The notes: a model not told the origin generated them from the sequence alone. A stretch of 64,000 nucleotides of DNA from an uncultured delta proteobacterium (GCA_963778655.1 CAVZVA010000003.1:544001-608000), one strand, 5' to 3'. Positions 1 to 13,164 are shown, numbered from the stretch's first letter. Numbers and translations: made by a program.

Positions 1-1864
1 GATCCTGGCGCGCCGCCTGGAGCAGGAGCTGAGCAAGGACGAGATCCTGCACCTGTACCTGAACCACATCAACTTCGGCCATGGCCGTTACGGCGTGCAG
101 GAAGCGGCGCGCTTCTACTTCGGCAAGGACGTCTCGCAGCTCGACCTGGCCGAGGCGAGCATGCTGGCGGGGCTGCCCCAGGCGCCGGGCAGGCTGGAGC
201 CGTTGCGCCATCCGAAGGCGGCCAAGCAGCGCCAGAGCTACGTGCTCGACCAGCTGGCGAGCAAGCGCGCCCAGTATTGGAGCGACCTGTCGGCCGACGC
301 GATTGAAAAGGCGCGTCACGAGCAGCTGGTGCTGGTCGGCCAGGACCGCACGAGCGACGCGGCGCCGGAGGTGGCGGCGCTGGCCACGCAAATGCTACAG
401 GCCCAAGTGGGAGCCGCCGCGGTCAAGCACGGCGGCTTTCGCGTCGAGACCAGCATCGATCTCGACCTCGAGATCGCGGCGCGCGAGGCGCTGCACAAGG
501 GCCTGCTGGCGATTGACGCGCGCGAGCACTTCGTGGGTCCGCTCAAGCCCAAGAAGGCGCGCCACAAGCGGGCCCGAGTGGACCGGCTCGCCGTAGGGCG
601 CAGCTACGACGCGGTCGTGCGCTCGGACGACGACCGGCGCGGCCTGATCACGCTCGACATCGGCGGTCAGGCGGCGGTCGCCGAGCTCGCCGATCTCACC
701 CGCTACAATCCCGACAAGCTGGCCGCGAGCGCGTTCGCACCGCCCGGCGCGCACGCGGTCGCGAGCATCGACGCGCTGGGCGAGCACGGCCGGCCGGCGC
801 GGGCGCGGCTGCTGCTCGGCCCCGACGGCGCGGTGGTGGTGATCGACCCGCGCACCCGCGACGTGCTGGCGCTGGTGGGAGGCGAGAAGGCCGAGTACGG
901 CTTCGATTGCGCGCTGCAGGCCGTGCGCCAGCCCGGCAGCGCGTTCAAGCCCATCACCTATGGGCTGGCGGTGGAAAGCGGCAAGTACACCCCGGCCACC
1001 CTCGTGCTCGACGCGCCCGAGGTGTTCGACAAGTGGAAGCCCGACAACTTCGAGACCTGGCGCTACGCGGGCGCGGTGCGACTGCGCCAGGCGGTGGCGC
1101 AGTCGATCAACCTGGTGGCGGTGCGGGTGATGAACGATCTGACGCCGCCCAAGGTGGTCGACTTCGCCAAGCAGCTCGGCATCGACACGCCGCTCGATCC
1201 TTCGCTCGCGCTCGCGCTGGGCGCCAGCGAGGTGCGGCCGATCGAGCTGGTCAACGCCTACGCGACCTTCGATGCCGGCGGGCGCTTCGCGCCCTATCGC
1301 ATCGTGCGCTCGATCAAAGACGCCAAGGGGCACAGCGTGCCGCTGCCCGCGCCCGAGCCCGAGCGCCAGGTGATGCGCCCGGCCAGCGCGTACGTGCTGA
1401 CCAGCATGCTGCAAAGCGTGGTCGAAGAAGGCACGGGCAAGGCCGCACGCAAGCTGCGTCGCCCCGCGGCGGGCAAGACCGGAACCAGCAATGACGCCCG
1501 CGATACCTGGTTCGTCGGCTACACGCCCGAGGTGGCCGCCGGGGTCTGGGTCGGCTTCGACGATCACCGCCCTCTGGGACGGGGCGAGAGCGGCGCCAAG
1601 GCGGCGCTGCCGATCTGGATCGACGTGATGCGGGCCGCGCTCGGCGATCGGCCCGCCGTGCAGTTCCCGGTTCCCGAGGGGATCGAGCGCGCGCAGATCG
1701 ACCCCAAGACCGGGCTGCGCGCCTACGACGGGATGCAAGGCGCGCTCGAGGAGGTCTTCGTGGAGGGCACCGCGCCCACCGAGACGGCGACCCCGCCCGA
1801 CACCCTCAACAGCAGCAGCTTCGTGATGGAGCAGCTCGGCGGCCTGGCCGCACCCCAGCCCTAG
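1..1864 (+). CDS. mrcA: Penicillin-binding protein 1A family (bifunctional transglycosylase/transpeptidase), 5' end outside the window
   Basis: Frame is open from base 2 (ILARRLEQELSKDEILHLYLNHINFGHGRYGVQEAARFYFGK, transglycosylase motifs). Transpeptidase motifs present: SxxK (GSAFKP), SxN (QSINL), KTG (GKTGT). Confidence 0.93.
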   Translation, partial: ILARRLEQELSKDEILHLYLNHINFGHGRYGVQEAARFYFGKDVSQLDLAEASMLAGLPQAPGRLEPLRHPKAAKQRQSYVLDQLASKRAQYWSDLSADAIEKARHEQLVLVGQDRTSDAAPEVAALATQMLQAQVGAAAVKHGGFRVETSIDLDLEIAAREALHKGLLAIDAREHFVGPLKPKKARHKRARVDRLAVGRSYDAVVRSDDDRRGLITLDIGGQAAVAELADLTRYNPDKLAASAFAPPGAHAVASIDALGEHGRPARARLLLGPDGAVVVIDPRTRDVLALVGGEKAEYGFDCALQAVRQPGSAFKPITYGLAVESGKYTPATLVLDAPEVFDKWKPDNFETWRYAGAVRLRQAVAQSINLVAVRVMNDLTPPKVVDFAKQLGIDTPLDPSLALALGASEVRPIELVNAYATFDAGGRFAPYRIVRSIKDAKGHSVPLPAPEPERQVMRPASAYVLTSMLQSVVEEGTGKAARKLRRPAAGKTGTSNDARDTWFVGYTPEVAAGVWVGFDDHRPLGRGESGAKAALPIWIDVMRAALGDRPAVQFPVPEGIERAQIDPKTGLRAYDGMQGALEEVFVEGTAPTETATPPDTLNSSSFVMEQLGGLAAPQP

Positions 1865-1886
1865 AGCGCATCCAGATGCGCTCTAG
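1861..1886. terminator. Perfect inverted repeat overlapping the PBP1A stop codon
   Basis: CTAGAGCGCATC-CA-GATGCGCTCTAG, between convergent genes. Confidence 0.55.
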
Positions 1887-1898
1887 GGGCTTGTAACC

Positions 1899-1991
1899 GG
1901 GAGGGGCACCCGCCCCTCCCGCCCCACCGGCCAAGCCGTTGGGGCCCCATCCTCCCGCGCGGCTCGCTTCACTTCGGCGCGCTCCCTCGCG
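1899..1991 (+). repeat. Multi-hairpin REP-like element, family B, copy 1
   Basis: GAGGGGC..GCCCCTCCC hairpin, CCCCA..TGGGG hairpin, CCCCAYCC linker, CGCG..GCGCTCCC..CGCG segment. Matches the reverse complement of 27645-27733. Confidence 0.6.
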
Positions 1992-2031
1992 TTCGGCTTG
2001 CTCTTGCGTCGGGGCACCCGCCCCTGCCGAG

Positions 2032-2373
2032 TCATCGGACGTCGAGCTGGCCGGCGGCTTGCTCGAGTAGGGGCACCAGCTCGGGGTCTGGATCCTCGAA
2101 CGCCACCGCCATGCGGTAGGGCCACATGCCGTCTGGATCCTCGGCGTTTTGCTCGATGCGGACCACGCTGCCTCGCAGCATGCGCTCGCCGCCGTGCGCG
2201 GCCGGCAGCGTGAAGCGCAGCTGCACCTCCGCGCCGACCTCCAGACGCGCGCTCAGCGCGATCAACATGCCCGAAGCGCTGACGTTGTGGTTGACCGCCA
2301 TGCCGTCGAGGCCGGAGCCGGTGACCCGCACCGGGAACCAGAGTTGGTAGCGTCCGTAGCGGCGCCGCTGCAC
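2032..2373 (-). CDS. Stand-alone PilZ domain protein (putative c-di-GMP receptor)
   Basis: RxxxR (RRYGR) and (D/N)xSxxG (NVSASG) motifs in about 113 aa; GTG start chosen. Confidence 0.85.
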   Translation of the reverse strand: MQRRRYGRYQLWFPVRVTGSGLDGMAVNHNVSASGMLIALSARLEVGAEVQLRFTLPAAHGGERMLRGSVVRIEQNAEDPDGMWPYRMAVAFEDPDPELVPLLEQAAGQLDVR

Positions 2374-2442
2374 GATCCCAGCGTACCCGCGCGCGCGCGC
2401 CCGGACAACGGTGGACGGTTGAGGTAGGCTGGGCCTCGGCGC

Positions 2443-2700
2443 GTGGATCGAACGCCGCACGAGGGCGCATCGCAGGAGGACGCCGGCAGCGATGTGCCCG
2501 GCGCGTGCTGGCGCTGGCTGCAGCAGGAGGGTGCCGCGCACGACGTGGTGCAATGGGCGCAAGCGTGCGGCAGCGACTTCGAACGGCCGTGGCGCGAGTG
2601 CCCGCGCGGGGACTGGCCGCTCGCGATCGCGGCTCGGCGCGGAGGCGGCGCTGCCGGTACTGGCAGCGAGCCGTTGCGCGCGGCCAGCGAGGCTGCGCCT
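2443..2700 (+). pseudogene. Possible truncated hypothetical gene fragment
   Basis: The N-terminal ~65 aa look protein-like (WLQQEGAAHDVVQWAQACGSDFERPWRECPRGDW); the frame then runs antisense into the opposite gene. Confidence 0.3.
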
Positions 2701-3278
2701 CAGGGCGCGGGGCCGGCCATGCTCGCGATCTTGGCGCGGCGTTCAGACAGCCGGCGAGCCAAGCGGGCGCGCGGGTCGCGCGTGGGGTCGCTGACGCCCC
2801 AGCGCACCATCTGGCCGAGGGCCCGCTCGTGCTGCTCCAGCGCGACCAGCGCACCCGGCGTGCAGGCGTGCGCCGAGAGCGGGTCGTCGGCCTGGGGCAG
2901 CGCGTCCGGGCTGCCCAGGGCGCGCTGGCAGCGCGCGCGCGCGACCTCCGCGGTGGCGAGCGCGTCGTCGAGCCTGCCCACGGCTTCGTAGGCCTGGGCC
3001 AGCCGGTGGGTCAGGATCGGGTCCACGACCAGCGCCGGTGAGGCCGCACGCACCACACCGATCGCGAGCGCCGGCGCGTCCATGCGCAGGTATTCGGCCG
3101 CCAAGCGGCGAGCCAGCCCGAGGTTGTCGTGAGCGCGCGCAAACGCATCCTCCAGGGCGCAGAGCTCGCGCGTGGAGGCTGTACCGGGCTCGAGCGCTGC
3201 GGCCGGCTCGCGGGCGGCGAGACTCCAGGCGATGCCTCCGAGCAGCACCAGCAACGCCAGGCAGAGCCGAATCTCCAT
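2700..3278 (-). CDS. Hypothetical exported or membrane-anchored helical (TPR-like) protein
   Basis: N-terminal hydrophobic segment, TPR-like helix pair (HRLAQAYEAVGRLDDALATA), GC-rich third codon positions. Confidence 0.7.
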   Translation of the reverse strand: MEIRLCLALLVLLGGIAWSLAAREPAAALEPGTASTRELCALEDAFARAHDNLGLARRLAAEYLRMDAPALAIGVVRAASPALVVDPILTHRLAQAYEAVGRLDDALATAEVARARCQRALGSPDALPQADDPLSAHACTPGALVALEQHERALGQMVRWGVSDPTRDPRARLARRLSERRAKIASMAGPAP

Positions 3279-3392
3279 CCTATCCGTTCCTTGCCGTATC
3301 TGACCGCGGGGTGCACACGCGCGCAGACGGCGAGGGCCCGCGGTTGCTCAGCATACACGGTTGGACGCCAAACGGGCAGCAGAGTTCGCAGC

Positions 3393-4664
3393 CTAGCCGC
3401 GCGTCGCGCTCGACAGCCCGCGGGTGCGCCGCTCCCGGCGCGGCGCCGATTTGGCGGCGTGGCGGCCGTTGCTGGCCGCGCTCTTGGCCGCGCTCTTCTT
3501 GGGCAGCAGCGCGTCGGCCAGCTCGGCCGCTCGATCGGTCCGCTCCCAGGTGAAGCTCTTCTCGCTGCGGCCAAAGTGCCCGTACGCGGCGGTGGCCGCA
3601 TAGATCGGCCGGCGGAGATTGAGCGTCTCGATCAGCGCCGCGGGCCGGAAGTCGAACAACTCGGTCACCACCTTGGCGATCTTGTGCTCGTCGACCACGC
3701 CGGTGCCGAAGGTCGTGACGTACACGCCCATCGGCTTGGCCACGCCGATGGCGTAGGCGACCTGGACCTCGCAGCGGCGCGCGAGCTTGGCGGCGACCAC
3801 GTTCTTGGCGACGTAACGCGCGAAGTAGGACGCGCTGCGGTCGACCTTGGTCGGATCCTTGCCGCTGAAGGCGCCGCCGCCGTGACGGCCCATGCCGCCG
3901 TAGGTGTCGACGATGATCTTGCGCCCGGTCAGACCGCAGTCCCCGTACGGCCCGCCCACCACGAAGCGTCCGGTGGGATTGACCCAGTACTTGGTCTTGG
4001 CGTCGAGCAGCTGCTTGGGCAACACCGGCTTGATCACCTGCTCGATCACGGCTTCGTGGATCTGCTTGTGCTTGACCTCGGGGCTGTGCTGGGTCGAGAG
4101 CACCACCGCGTCGATGCGCGCCGGCCGGCCGGCCGGGTCATACTCGACCGTGACCTGACTCTTGGCGTCGGGACGCAACCACGGCAGCACACCCTGCTTG
4201 CGCAGAGTTGCCTGTTGCTTGACCAGCTTGTGAGCGAGCATGATCGGCATCGGCATCAGCTCGCGTGTCTCGTCGACGGCGAAGCCGAACATCAGACCCT
4301 GGTCGCCCGCGCCCTGATCCTTGTGCAGACCCTGACCCGCGGTCACCCCCTGGGAGATGTCGGAAGATTGCTGCTCGACCGCGGTGAGCACGGCGCAGGT
4401 GTCCGCGTCGAAGCCCATCGACGAGTCGGTGTAGCCGATCTCGCGCACCACGTTGCGCACCAGGCGCGGGTAGTCGATCGCCGAGCGGGTCGTGATCTCA
4501 CCGGCCACGATGGCGTAACCGGTCTTGACCATCGTCTCGCAGGCGACGCGGGCATGGGGGTCGTCGGACAGCGCGGCGTCGAGCACCGCATCCGAGATCG
4601 CATCGCAGACCTTGTCCGGATGGCCCTCGGATACCGATTCCGACGAAAACAGGTAACCAGCCAT
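3393..4664 (-). CDS. metK: S-adenosylmethionine synthetase
   Basis: [49 protein letters not shown]. Confidence 0.98.
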   Translation of the reverse strand: MAGYLFSSESVSEGHPDKVCDAISDAVLDAALSDDPHARVACETMVKTGYAIVAGEITTRSAIDYPRLVRNVVREIGYTDSSMGFDADTCAVLTAVEQQSSDISQGVTAGQGLHKDQGAGDQGLMFGFAVDETRELMPMPIMLAHKLVKQQATLRKQGVLPWLRPDAKSQVTVEYDPAGRPARIDAVVLSTQHSPEVKHKQIHEAVIEQVIKPVLPKQLLDAKTKYWVNPTGRFVVGGPYGDCGLTGRKIIVDTYGGMGRHGGGAFSGKDPTKVDRSASYFARYVAKNVVAAKLARRCEVQVAYAIGVAKPMGVYVTTFGTGVVDEHKIAKVVTELFDFRPAALIETLNLRRPIYAATAAYGHFGRSEKSFTWERTDRAAELADALLPKKSAAKSAASNGRHAAKSAPRRERRTRGLSSATRG

Positions 4665-4770
4665 GGATCTCCTCACGGGCGCCCAGCGCCCCGAACGCGC
4701 CAAGTCCACCGCTTGTAGACGGCGCCCGGCATGCTGTCAACGCGCGGCTTGCCGGCGCTTACCGCCGCCG

Positions 4771-6395
<1,625 letters not shown>

Positions 6396-6571
6396 CGCTG
6401 CCAACCGTAGCGCGGACGCCCTGCAGCGTGTAGGAGAGTTGGGGCCGGTGTGGCCCCGGCCGGCGCGGCCGCGGGAATAAACCGGCCCCGCCGCACGGTC
6501 TTCTGGGCTGGCGCAGGCCGGCTCCCGTCCGGATTTGGCAGGGATCGGCGGCCGTCGCTACACTGGGATCG

Positions 6572-7213
6572 ATGCAAGTGTGCCGCGGGTTGCTGTTGTG
6601 CCTGGCGCTGAGCGCGCTGCCGCGCGTGGCTGCGGCCGACATCTACCGCTTCGTCGACCACGACGGGGTCGAGCACTATACGAACATTCAGCCGAGCGGC
6701 CGCGGCTGGCAGATCATCGCGCACACGCGCCCGGCGCGGGGAGCCCGGGCCGGCGCGCGCCGCGCCAGCGTGGCGCCGCCCGATCCCGAACGGCTGCGCC
6801 GCTACGACGTGCACATCAGGGAGGCGGCCGCGCTCTACGTGCTGCCTGAAGAGTTCCTGCGCGCGGTGATGGAGGTGGAGAGCAACTTCTACGCGGGGGC
6901 GGTCTCCAGCAAGGGCGCGATCGGGCTGATGCAGCTGATGCCGGAGACGGCTTCCCAGATGGGCGTGCTCGATCCCTTCGATCCGCGCCAGAACGTGCTC
7001 GGCGGCGCGCGCTTCCTGCGCGTGCTGGCCAACCGCTTCGGCGGCGACCTGGTGCTGACGATCGCGGCCTACAACGCCGGCTCGGGCGCGGTCGAGAGGT
7101 ACGGCGGCATCCCGCCCTACACCGAGACCCGCATGTACGTGCAGCGCGTGCTCACGCGCTACTACGCGTATCGCGCCAGCTCCTCGCAGCAGAACGCGCT
7201 CGCGCGGCGCTGA
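6572..7213 (+). CDS. Lytic transglycosylase (SLT domain) with signal peptide and DUF4124-like N-terminus
   Basis: VESNF catalytic Glu, GAIGLMQLMP, AAYNAG, PPYTET; ADIYRFVDHDGVEHYTN. Confidence 0.92.
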   Translation: MQVCRGLLLCLALSALPRVAAADIYRFVDHDGVEHYTNIQPSGRGWQIIAHTRPARGARAGARRASVAPPDPERLRRYDVHIREAAALYVLPEEFLRAVMEVESNFYAGAVSSKGAIGLMQLMPETASQMGVLDPFDPRQNVLGGARFLRVLANRFGGDLVLTIAAYNAGSGAVERYGGIPPYTETRMYVQRVLTRYYAYRASSSQQNALARR

Positions 7214-7243
7214 GCGGGCGGGCGGGCGGGCGGGCGCAGGCGC

Positions 7244-7516
7244 TCACTTGTTCCACCAGCCGGTCAACCCCGAGCTGCCCATGATCAGCACCAGGAACAA
7301 CACACCGACCAGCGCCGAGCCCCAGGATTCGACCTCGCCGTGGCCCACCAGCGCCACGCCGACCCCGAGCACGCTCGTGATCAGCAGGCAGCCGCAGCCC
7401 TTGGCAAACGCGCCGGCGTAGGAGCGCGCTGGCTCGACCGCGGTCTCGTCCGGCGGCGCCGGTGCGGCCGGCTCAGTCGGGCTGGAAGAGGACTTGCTGG
7501 GTGGGATCCGTGTCAT
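7244..7516 (-). CDS. Small hypothetical two-TM membrane protein
   Basis: Two hydrophobic segments after KGCGC. It overlaps the upstream gene by 44 nt, so the start is uncertain. Confidence 0.4.
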   Translation of the reverse strand: MTRIPPSKSSSSPTEPAAPAPPDETAVEPARSYAGAFAKGCGCLLITSVLGVGVALVGHGEVESWGSALVGVLFLVLIMGSSGLTGWWNK

Positions 7517-8768
7517 AGAAACGGCTGTTCCGGTCGAAGGTGATCGCGCCGAACAGATTGACCGCCAACGCCCACGGCAACAGCCCGCGAAAGCCGAGCC
7601 CGAAACGGCGGCCGCCCAGCGCGAGCAGGGCGAATAAGGGGATCATGTAGTCCAGGCCGAAGCGGTAACCGAACTGAACCCAGCCGCTGTTCTGGTACAA
7701 GAGGTCCAACAGCGCGACCGCGCCCGCGCCCAGCATCAGCGCCGTCATCGCGGGCGAGCTGCGTTTGGGCCACAGCACCAGCAGCAGCTGGGGCGTGGTC
7801 ACCCACAGCGCGAGCCCGTGGCGACTGATCTTCAGGTACGGCGGCAGCGCCGACAGCCACGGCAAGGCGGTGAGCATCACCGCGAGGTTCTTCGCCAGGT
7901 AGTGGTAGTTGAACAGGCCCCAGGTATCGATGCGCGGCCGCCAGCGGATGATCAGGTAGCTGTGGCCGAACTCGAAGGGGTCGTCGAAGCGCGCGTAGTT
8001 CATCCACATCGCGACGCCCAGCGTGATCACCAGCGGCAGCGCGAACCAGGCGAGCGGACGGACCAGCAGCGCCGGCCGCAGCCCGCGGTGAAGCTCGCGC
8101 AGGCGTGCGGGAGCCGGCACCTCGGCGGGTCGCGCCGCGACCGCGGCCTGCAGCACGAAGAACACGCCCAGCAGCAGCGTGCTCGGCCGCGTCATGAAGG
8201 CGAGCGCCAGCGCCGCGCCGGCCAGCAGCGGCCTGCGCGCGTCGAACGACCACAGCAGGTACAGCGCGATCAGCGGGCAGGCCACCACGTGCGCTGCGAA
8301 CCAGACGGTGCCCTGCACGGCCGTGTAGTAATAGGGACTGCCGAAGGCGAACAGCCCGACCAGCAGCAGATCCTCGCCGCGGTTGCGCTCGGTGTGACCG
8401 CGCTCGCGCAGCCGGCGCAGCAGCACGTACAGTAGGGCCGGGGCCAGGCCCGCAAGCACCGCCCAGAACAGGCGGTCCCACGCGGCGGTGCCGAACAGCG
8501 CCACCAGCGGGGCGATCACCAGTGCGGGAAACGGCGGGAAGGAGACGTACCAGTGGCCATGGTACTGCGCCCAGTCGTTGTCACCCGGCGGGCGGTTGCC
8601 GAGCAACGCGAGCTTGCCGTGGAGCAAGCTCTGGGCGAGGTACACGAAGTGCGCGTTGTCGGAGGTGCCGGTGATGCGCGATCCGAGCGTGGCCACGTAG
8701 ACCGCGGCGCACGCGGCGAAGATGGCGCTGGGCAACGCCGCGCGGCGACGGAGGCTCGGGGCCGGCAT
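7473..8768 (-). CDS. Polytopic membrane protein, probable GT-C fold glycosyltransferase
   Basis: About 10 TM segments, acidic first loop (DNDW..YVSFPPFP), late GYRF motif. Confidence 0.7.
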   Translation of the reverse strand: MPAPSLRRRAALPSAIFAACAAVYVATLGSRITGTSDNAHFVYLAQSLLHGKLALLGNRPPGDNDWAQYHGHWYVSFPPFPALVIAPLVALFGTAAWDRLFWAVLAGLAPALLYVLLRRLRERGHTERNRGEDLLLVGLFAFGSPYYYTAVQGTVWFAAHVVACPLIALYLLWSFDARRPLLAGAALALAFMTRPSTLLLGVFFVLQAAVAARPAEVPAPARLRELHRGLRPALLVRPLAWFALPLVITLGVAMWMNYARFDDPFEFGHSYLIIRWRPRIDTWGLFNYHYLAKNLAVMLTALPWLSALPPYLKISRHGLALWVTTPQLLLVLWPKRSSPAMTALMLGAGAVALLDLLYQNSGWVQFGYRFGLDYMIPLFALLALGGRRFGLGFRGLLPWALAVNLFGAITFDRNSRFYDTDPTQQVLFQPD

Positions 8769-8905
8769 CGCCGCGAGCATACCCGGCGCCCGCAGCGACA
8801 CAACCGCGGCGCGGACGCGCGAGGCGCTGCGGCCACAGGCGCCGCGCCCGGCCCGGCGCTTGACGCCAGAGCGGCGGGGTCCTACATCAGCCGCCGGATC
8901 GCAGC

Positions 8906-10015
8906 ATGGCCGCACCGAGCATCGAGCAAGTCCGCGAGCAACTCGCGAGCGTCGAGCATCCGTTGTTCGAAAAGCCGCTGCTCGAGCTCGGGCTGCTTCA
9001 CGGGCTGCAGCTCGAGGGCTCGCGGCTCGCGCTGCGCGCGACGCTGCACGCGGCCTCGGAGCCCCTCAAAGAGGAGCTGCGCGCGCGGATCGAGCAGGCC
9101 CTGCGCCCGCTCGGCCTGGAGCAGGTGGCGATCGAGTGGGAGGTGGAGGTGCCGATCCGCCCGCTTGGCGCCGACGACCCCGTGCCGGACGTGAAGAACG
9201 TGGTGCTGGTGATGAGCGGCAAGGGCGGAGTCGGCAAGAGCACGGTCGCGGTCAACCTGGCGCTGGCGCTCAGCCGCGCCGGCGCCCGCGTCGGGTTGCT
9301 GGACGCCGACATCTACGGGCCGTCGATTCCGACCATGTTGGGCGTGTCCGGGCACCCGCACTCCGAGGACGGTAAGACGATCGAGCCGCTGCAGCGCTTT
9401 GGCGTCAAGCTGATGAGCATCGGCTTCATGATCGAGAGCGACAAGGACGCGGTGATCTGGCGCGGGCCGATGCTGCAAAGCGCGCTGATGCAGTTCCTGG
9501 GCGACGTGCGCTGGGGCGCGCTCGACTACTTGGTGCTGGACCTGCCGCCAGGCACCGGCGACGTCGCGCTCTCGCTGGCCCAGCGGCTCAAGACCACCGG
9601 CGCGGTGATCGTCACCACGCCGCAGGAGATCGCGTTGCAGGACGTCTACAAGGCGGTTTCGATGTGCAAAAAGCTCAACATCCCGATCCTGGGCGTGGTC
9701 GAGAACATGAGCTTCTTCGTCGACTCGGCCGGCGTGCGCCACGAGCTGTTCGGCGCGGGCGGCGGGCAGAAGATCGCCGACTATGCGCATGCGCCGCTGC
9801 TGGGACAGATCCCGCTGCACCCGGGCGTGCGCGAGCACGGCGACGCCGGCACGCCGGTGGTGCAGGCCGCGCCCGAGCACGAGGCCAGCAAGGCGCTGAC
9901 GGCGGTGGCCGAGCTGCTGGCCGAGCGCATCGCGCTCGACAGCTTCGTGCGCGGCGGCGGGCAGCACGCGCCCGACAGCAAGGGCCCGCGCCGGCTGCGC
10001 ATCATGCGCGGCTGA
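8906..10015 (+). CDS. apbC: Mrp/NBP35 family Fe-S cluster carrier ATPase
   Basis: SGKGGVGKST, DADIYGPSIP, IWRGPM, DLPPGTGD, GVVENMS. Confidence 0.93.
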   Translation: MAAPSIEQVREQLASVEHPLFEKPLLELGLLHGLQLEGSRLALRATLHAASEPLKEELRARIEQALRPLGLEQVAIEWEVEVPIRPLGADDPVPDVKNVVLVMSGKGGVGKSTVAVNLALALSRAGARVGLLDADIYGPSIPTMLGVSGHPHSEDGKTIEPLQRFGVKLMSIGFMIESDKDAVIWRGPMLQSALMQFLGDVRWGALDYLVLDLPPGTGDVALSLAQRLKTTGAVIVTTPQEIALQDVYKAVSMCKKLNIPILGVVENMSFFVDSAGVRHELFGAGGGQKIADYAHAPLLGQIPLHPGVREHGDAGTPVVQAAPEHEASKALTAVAELLAERIALDSFVRGGGQHAPDSKGPRRLRIMRG

Positions 10016-10019
10016 GCCT

Positions 10020-10949
10020 TTACCCTCCGCTCGGAGCGGGCGGGCGCAGCAGCTTCTTGCCCTCGCCCGCGTTGTCGTAGAAGCGCTGGGTGGGGTACGC
10101 GAAATCGATGTCGTCGCGTTGCGCGAACGCGTTCAGGACGTCGATCCAGATGCGCTGGGCCGCATTGCGCCGCTCGCGCGGGTGGCAGATGTAACGCAGG
10201 GTGAGCTGTACCCCCATGTCCACGACCGACACGTAGACCGCGGGCTTCAGGCTGGCGTCCAGCACCAGGAAGTACGCGGTCGCGCGCGGCGCTTGGGCAT
10301 CCTTGGCAACGTCGCCGCCGTCGCCGCTGTCGGCCGACACGATGCGCTCGAGAATCCGCCGAGCTTCCTCCCAGTTGCTCTCGAACGTGACTACGATCGG
10401 CATCTCGTCCCAGATCTGCTCGAACCAGCCCTTGGTGTAATTCGCCACCGGGTCGGTGAAGACCTTGGCGTTCGGAACGTGGATGATGCGACCGGTGCGG
10501 TCGTCGCCGCCGATCCAATTGCCGATCTCCATCACGCTGTGCTGGAACAGACCGAGGTCGACGACATCGCCGCGCAGACCACCGATCTCGATCCGATCGC
10601 CGAGCTCGAACGGGCGGCGCCACAGGATGAAGGCCCAGCCCGCGAGGTTGGTCGCGATGTCCTTGAGCGCGATCGCGATTCCGGCCGAGGCCAAGCCCGC
10701 GAAGGTGGCGACGGCTTGCAGGCCGCGCAGCCAGATGACGCCGAGCGCGATCAGGCATACCGTGCCCACGAAGTAGGCCGATCCGCGCCGCAACCGGTAG
10801 CGCGTCGTGGGCGCGGTCCCACGCCGGCGCAACGCCCACAACAGCAGCCAGCGGACGGCCACCAGCGAGCCGACGAACAGCAGCGAGGAGGTCAGGCGCT
10901 GCGCCGTCTCCGCGTCGATCCCGGCCATCGCCTGCAGCCACCCATTCAC
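10020..10949 (-). CDS. MscS-family mechanosensitive channel
   Basis: Three TM segments, then ALKDIATNLAG..RPFELGDRIEIG..G.V, IIHVPN, IDFAYPTQ. Start approximate. Confidence 0.9.
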   Translation of the reverse strand: MNGWLQAMAGIDAETAQRLTSSLLFVGSLVAVRWLLLWALRRRGTAPTTRYRLRRGSAYFVGTVCLIALGVIWLRGLQAVATFAGLASAGIAIALKDIATNLAGWAFILWRRPFELGDRIEIGGLRGDVVDLGLFQHSVMEIGNWIGGDDRTGRIIHVPNAKVFTDPVANYTKGWFEQIWDEMPIVVTFESNWEEARRILERIVSADSGDGGDVAKDAQAPRATAYFLVLDASLKPAVYVSVVDMGVQLTLRYICHPRERRNAAQRIWIDVLNAFAQRDDIDFAYPTQRFYDNAGEGKKLLRPPAPSGG

Positions 10950-11000
10950 GACTGTCCACGCCTCTGACTCGTGCACAGCAATTAGGCCACGCCGCCCGGC

Positions 11001-11154
11001 CGCGACCCAAGTTTGCCGCAAGCGATCGTCGATGAGCGGGTACAACGAGCAGGACGCGATCGGCCGCTTCGTGGGCAGGGGCATGGCAGGCTTCATCCAG
11101 AAGCCATTCACGCTCGCAGAGCTGCAACAGCGTCTGGCGGAGCCAATGCCTTGA
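11001..11154 (+). pseudogene. Remnant C-terminal half of a response-regulator receiver domain
   Basis: RDPSLPQAIV (frameshift) MSGYNEQDAIGRFVGRGMAGFIQKPFTLAELQQRL, matching receiver beta4-alpha4-beta5(KPF)-alpha5. No N-terminal half is present. Confidence 0.65.
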
Positions 11155-11199
11155 GTATCGGGAGGGGCGGGGCGGCCCGTCGCGGACGTGCCCGACGCC

Positions 11200-11703
11200 T
11201 CAACCGCGATTGCGCCGGCGGTCCGGGTTGTGCACGGTTGGGGTCCTCTCGTCGGTGGGCCACACGCCACTGGAGCGGCCGACCAGCGGGCGCTGCGTGG
11301 GCAGGCCCTCGAACGCGACGCTCATACCCGACAGGCCGCGCACCACGCGTGAGACCACACGCGCAGGGAAGGTGTACTCGAGCGGGCGGCGCGCGTCGCG
11401 CACGTGCAGCAGCAGCCGCTGGCCCAGCACCGGCGGCTCGGTCGCGACCAGCGCGAGCCCGCCGGCGGCGGCGTTGTGCACGGTGCAGGGCTGAAAGCGC
11501 CCCGCGTGCACGTACTCGGCCGGCATCGGCTCGGGCAGCAGCGTGTAGGGATCGCGATCGTCGAGCGGCGGCACGCCCGGAGCGAGCTGCTGGCCGAGGC
11601 GGTCGAGGCGGGCGGACTCTTCATCGCTGAGCGGAATGCCCAACTCGCGCGCGGTGGAGAGCAGCACGCGGTACTCGAAGATACGCTCCAACTTCTCGGC
11701 CAT
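11200..11703 (-). CDS. PilZ-like domain protein with degenerate motifs
   Basis: C-terminal beta-barrel pattern VHNAAAGGLAL..LGQRLLL..YTFPARVV..MSVAFEG; no RxxxR. Confidence 0.7.
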   Translation of the reverse strand: MAEKLERIFEYRVLLSTARELGIPLSDEESARLDRLGQQLAPGVPPLDDRDPYTLLPEPMPAEYVHAGRFQPCTVHNAAAGGLALVATEPPVLGQRLLLHVRDARRPLEYTFPARVVSRVVRGLSGMSVAFEGLPTQRPLVGRSSGVWPTDERTPTVHNPDRRRNRG

Positions 11704-11850
11704 GCCCACCTGCTCCAAGGGGCCCACTCTCGCCCCCCAACCGCGGAGAGTGTCCTACACTGTGGTAGTAGGTAATAAGCACAGCGGACTCGGGAAGGCA
11801 AGAGGACAGGCTTGCGGGACGACGCTGAACGTACGTATAGATCGGACATC

Positions 11851-13164
<1,314 letters not shown>

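Noticed and set aside
3129..4718. Long antisense ORFs mirroring real genes (also 395-1738, 18837-20351, 20408-22273, 44498-46540, 55232-57085, 62540-63766)
   Set aside because: Antisense to conserved genes, no motifs of their own; a codon-bias artefact.
4665..4770. SAM riboswitch upstream of metK
   Set aside because: The gap is short and I could not recognise SAM-I or SAM-II consensus elements; an Rfam scan would be needed to exclude one formally.
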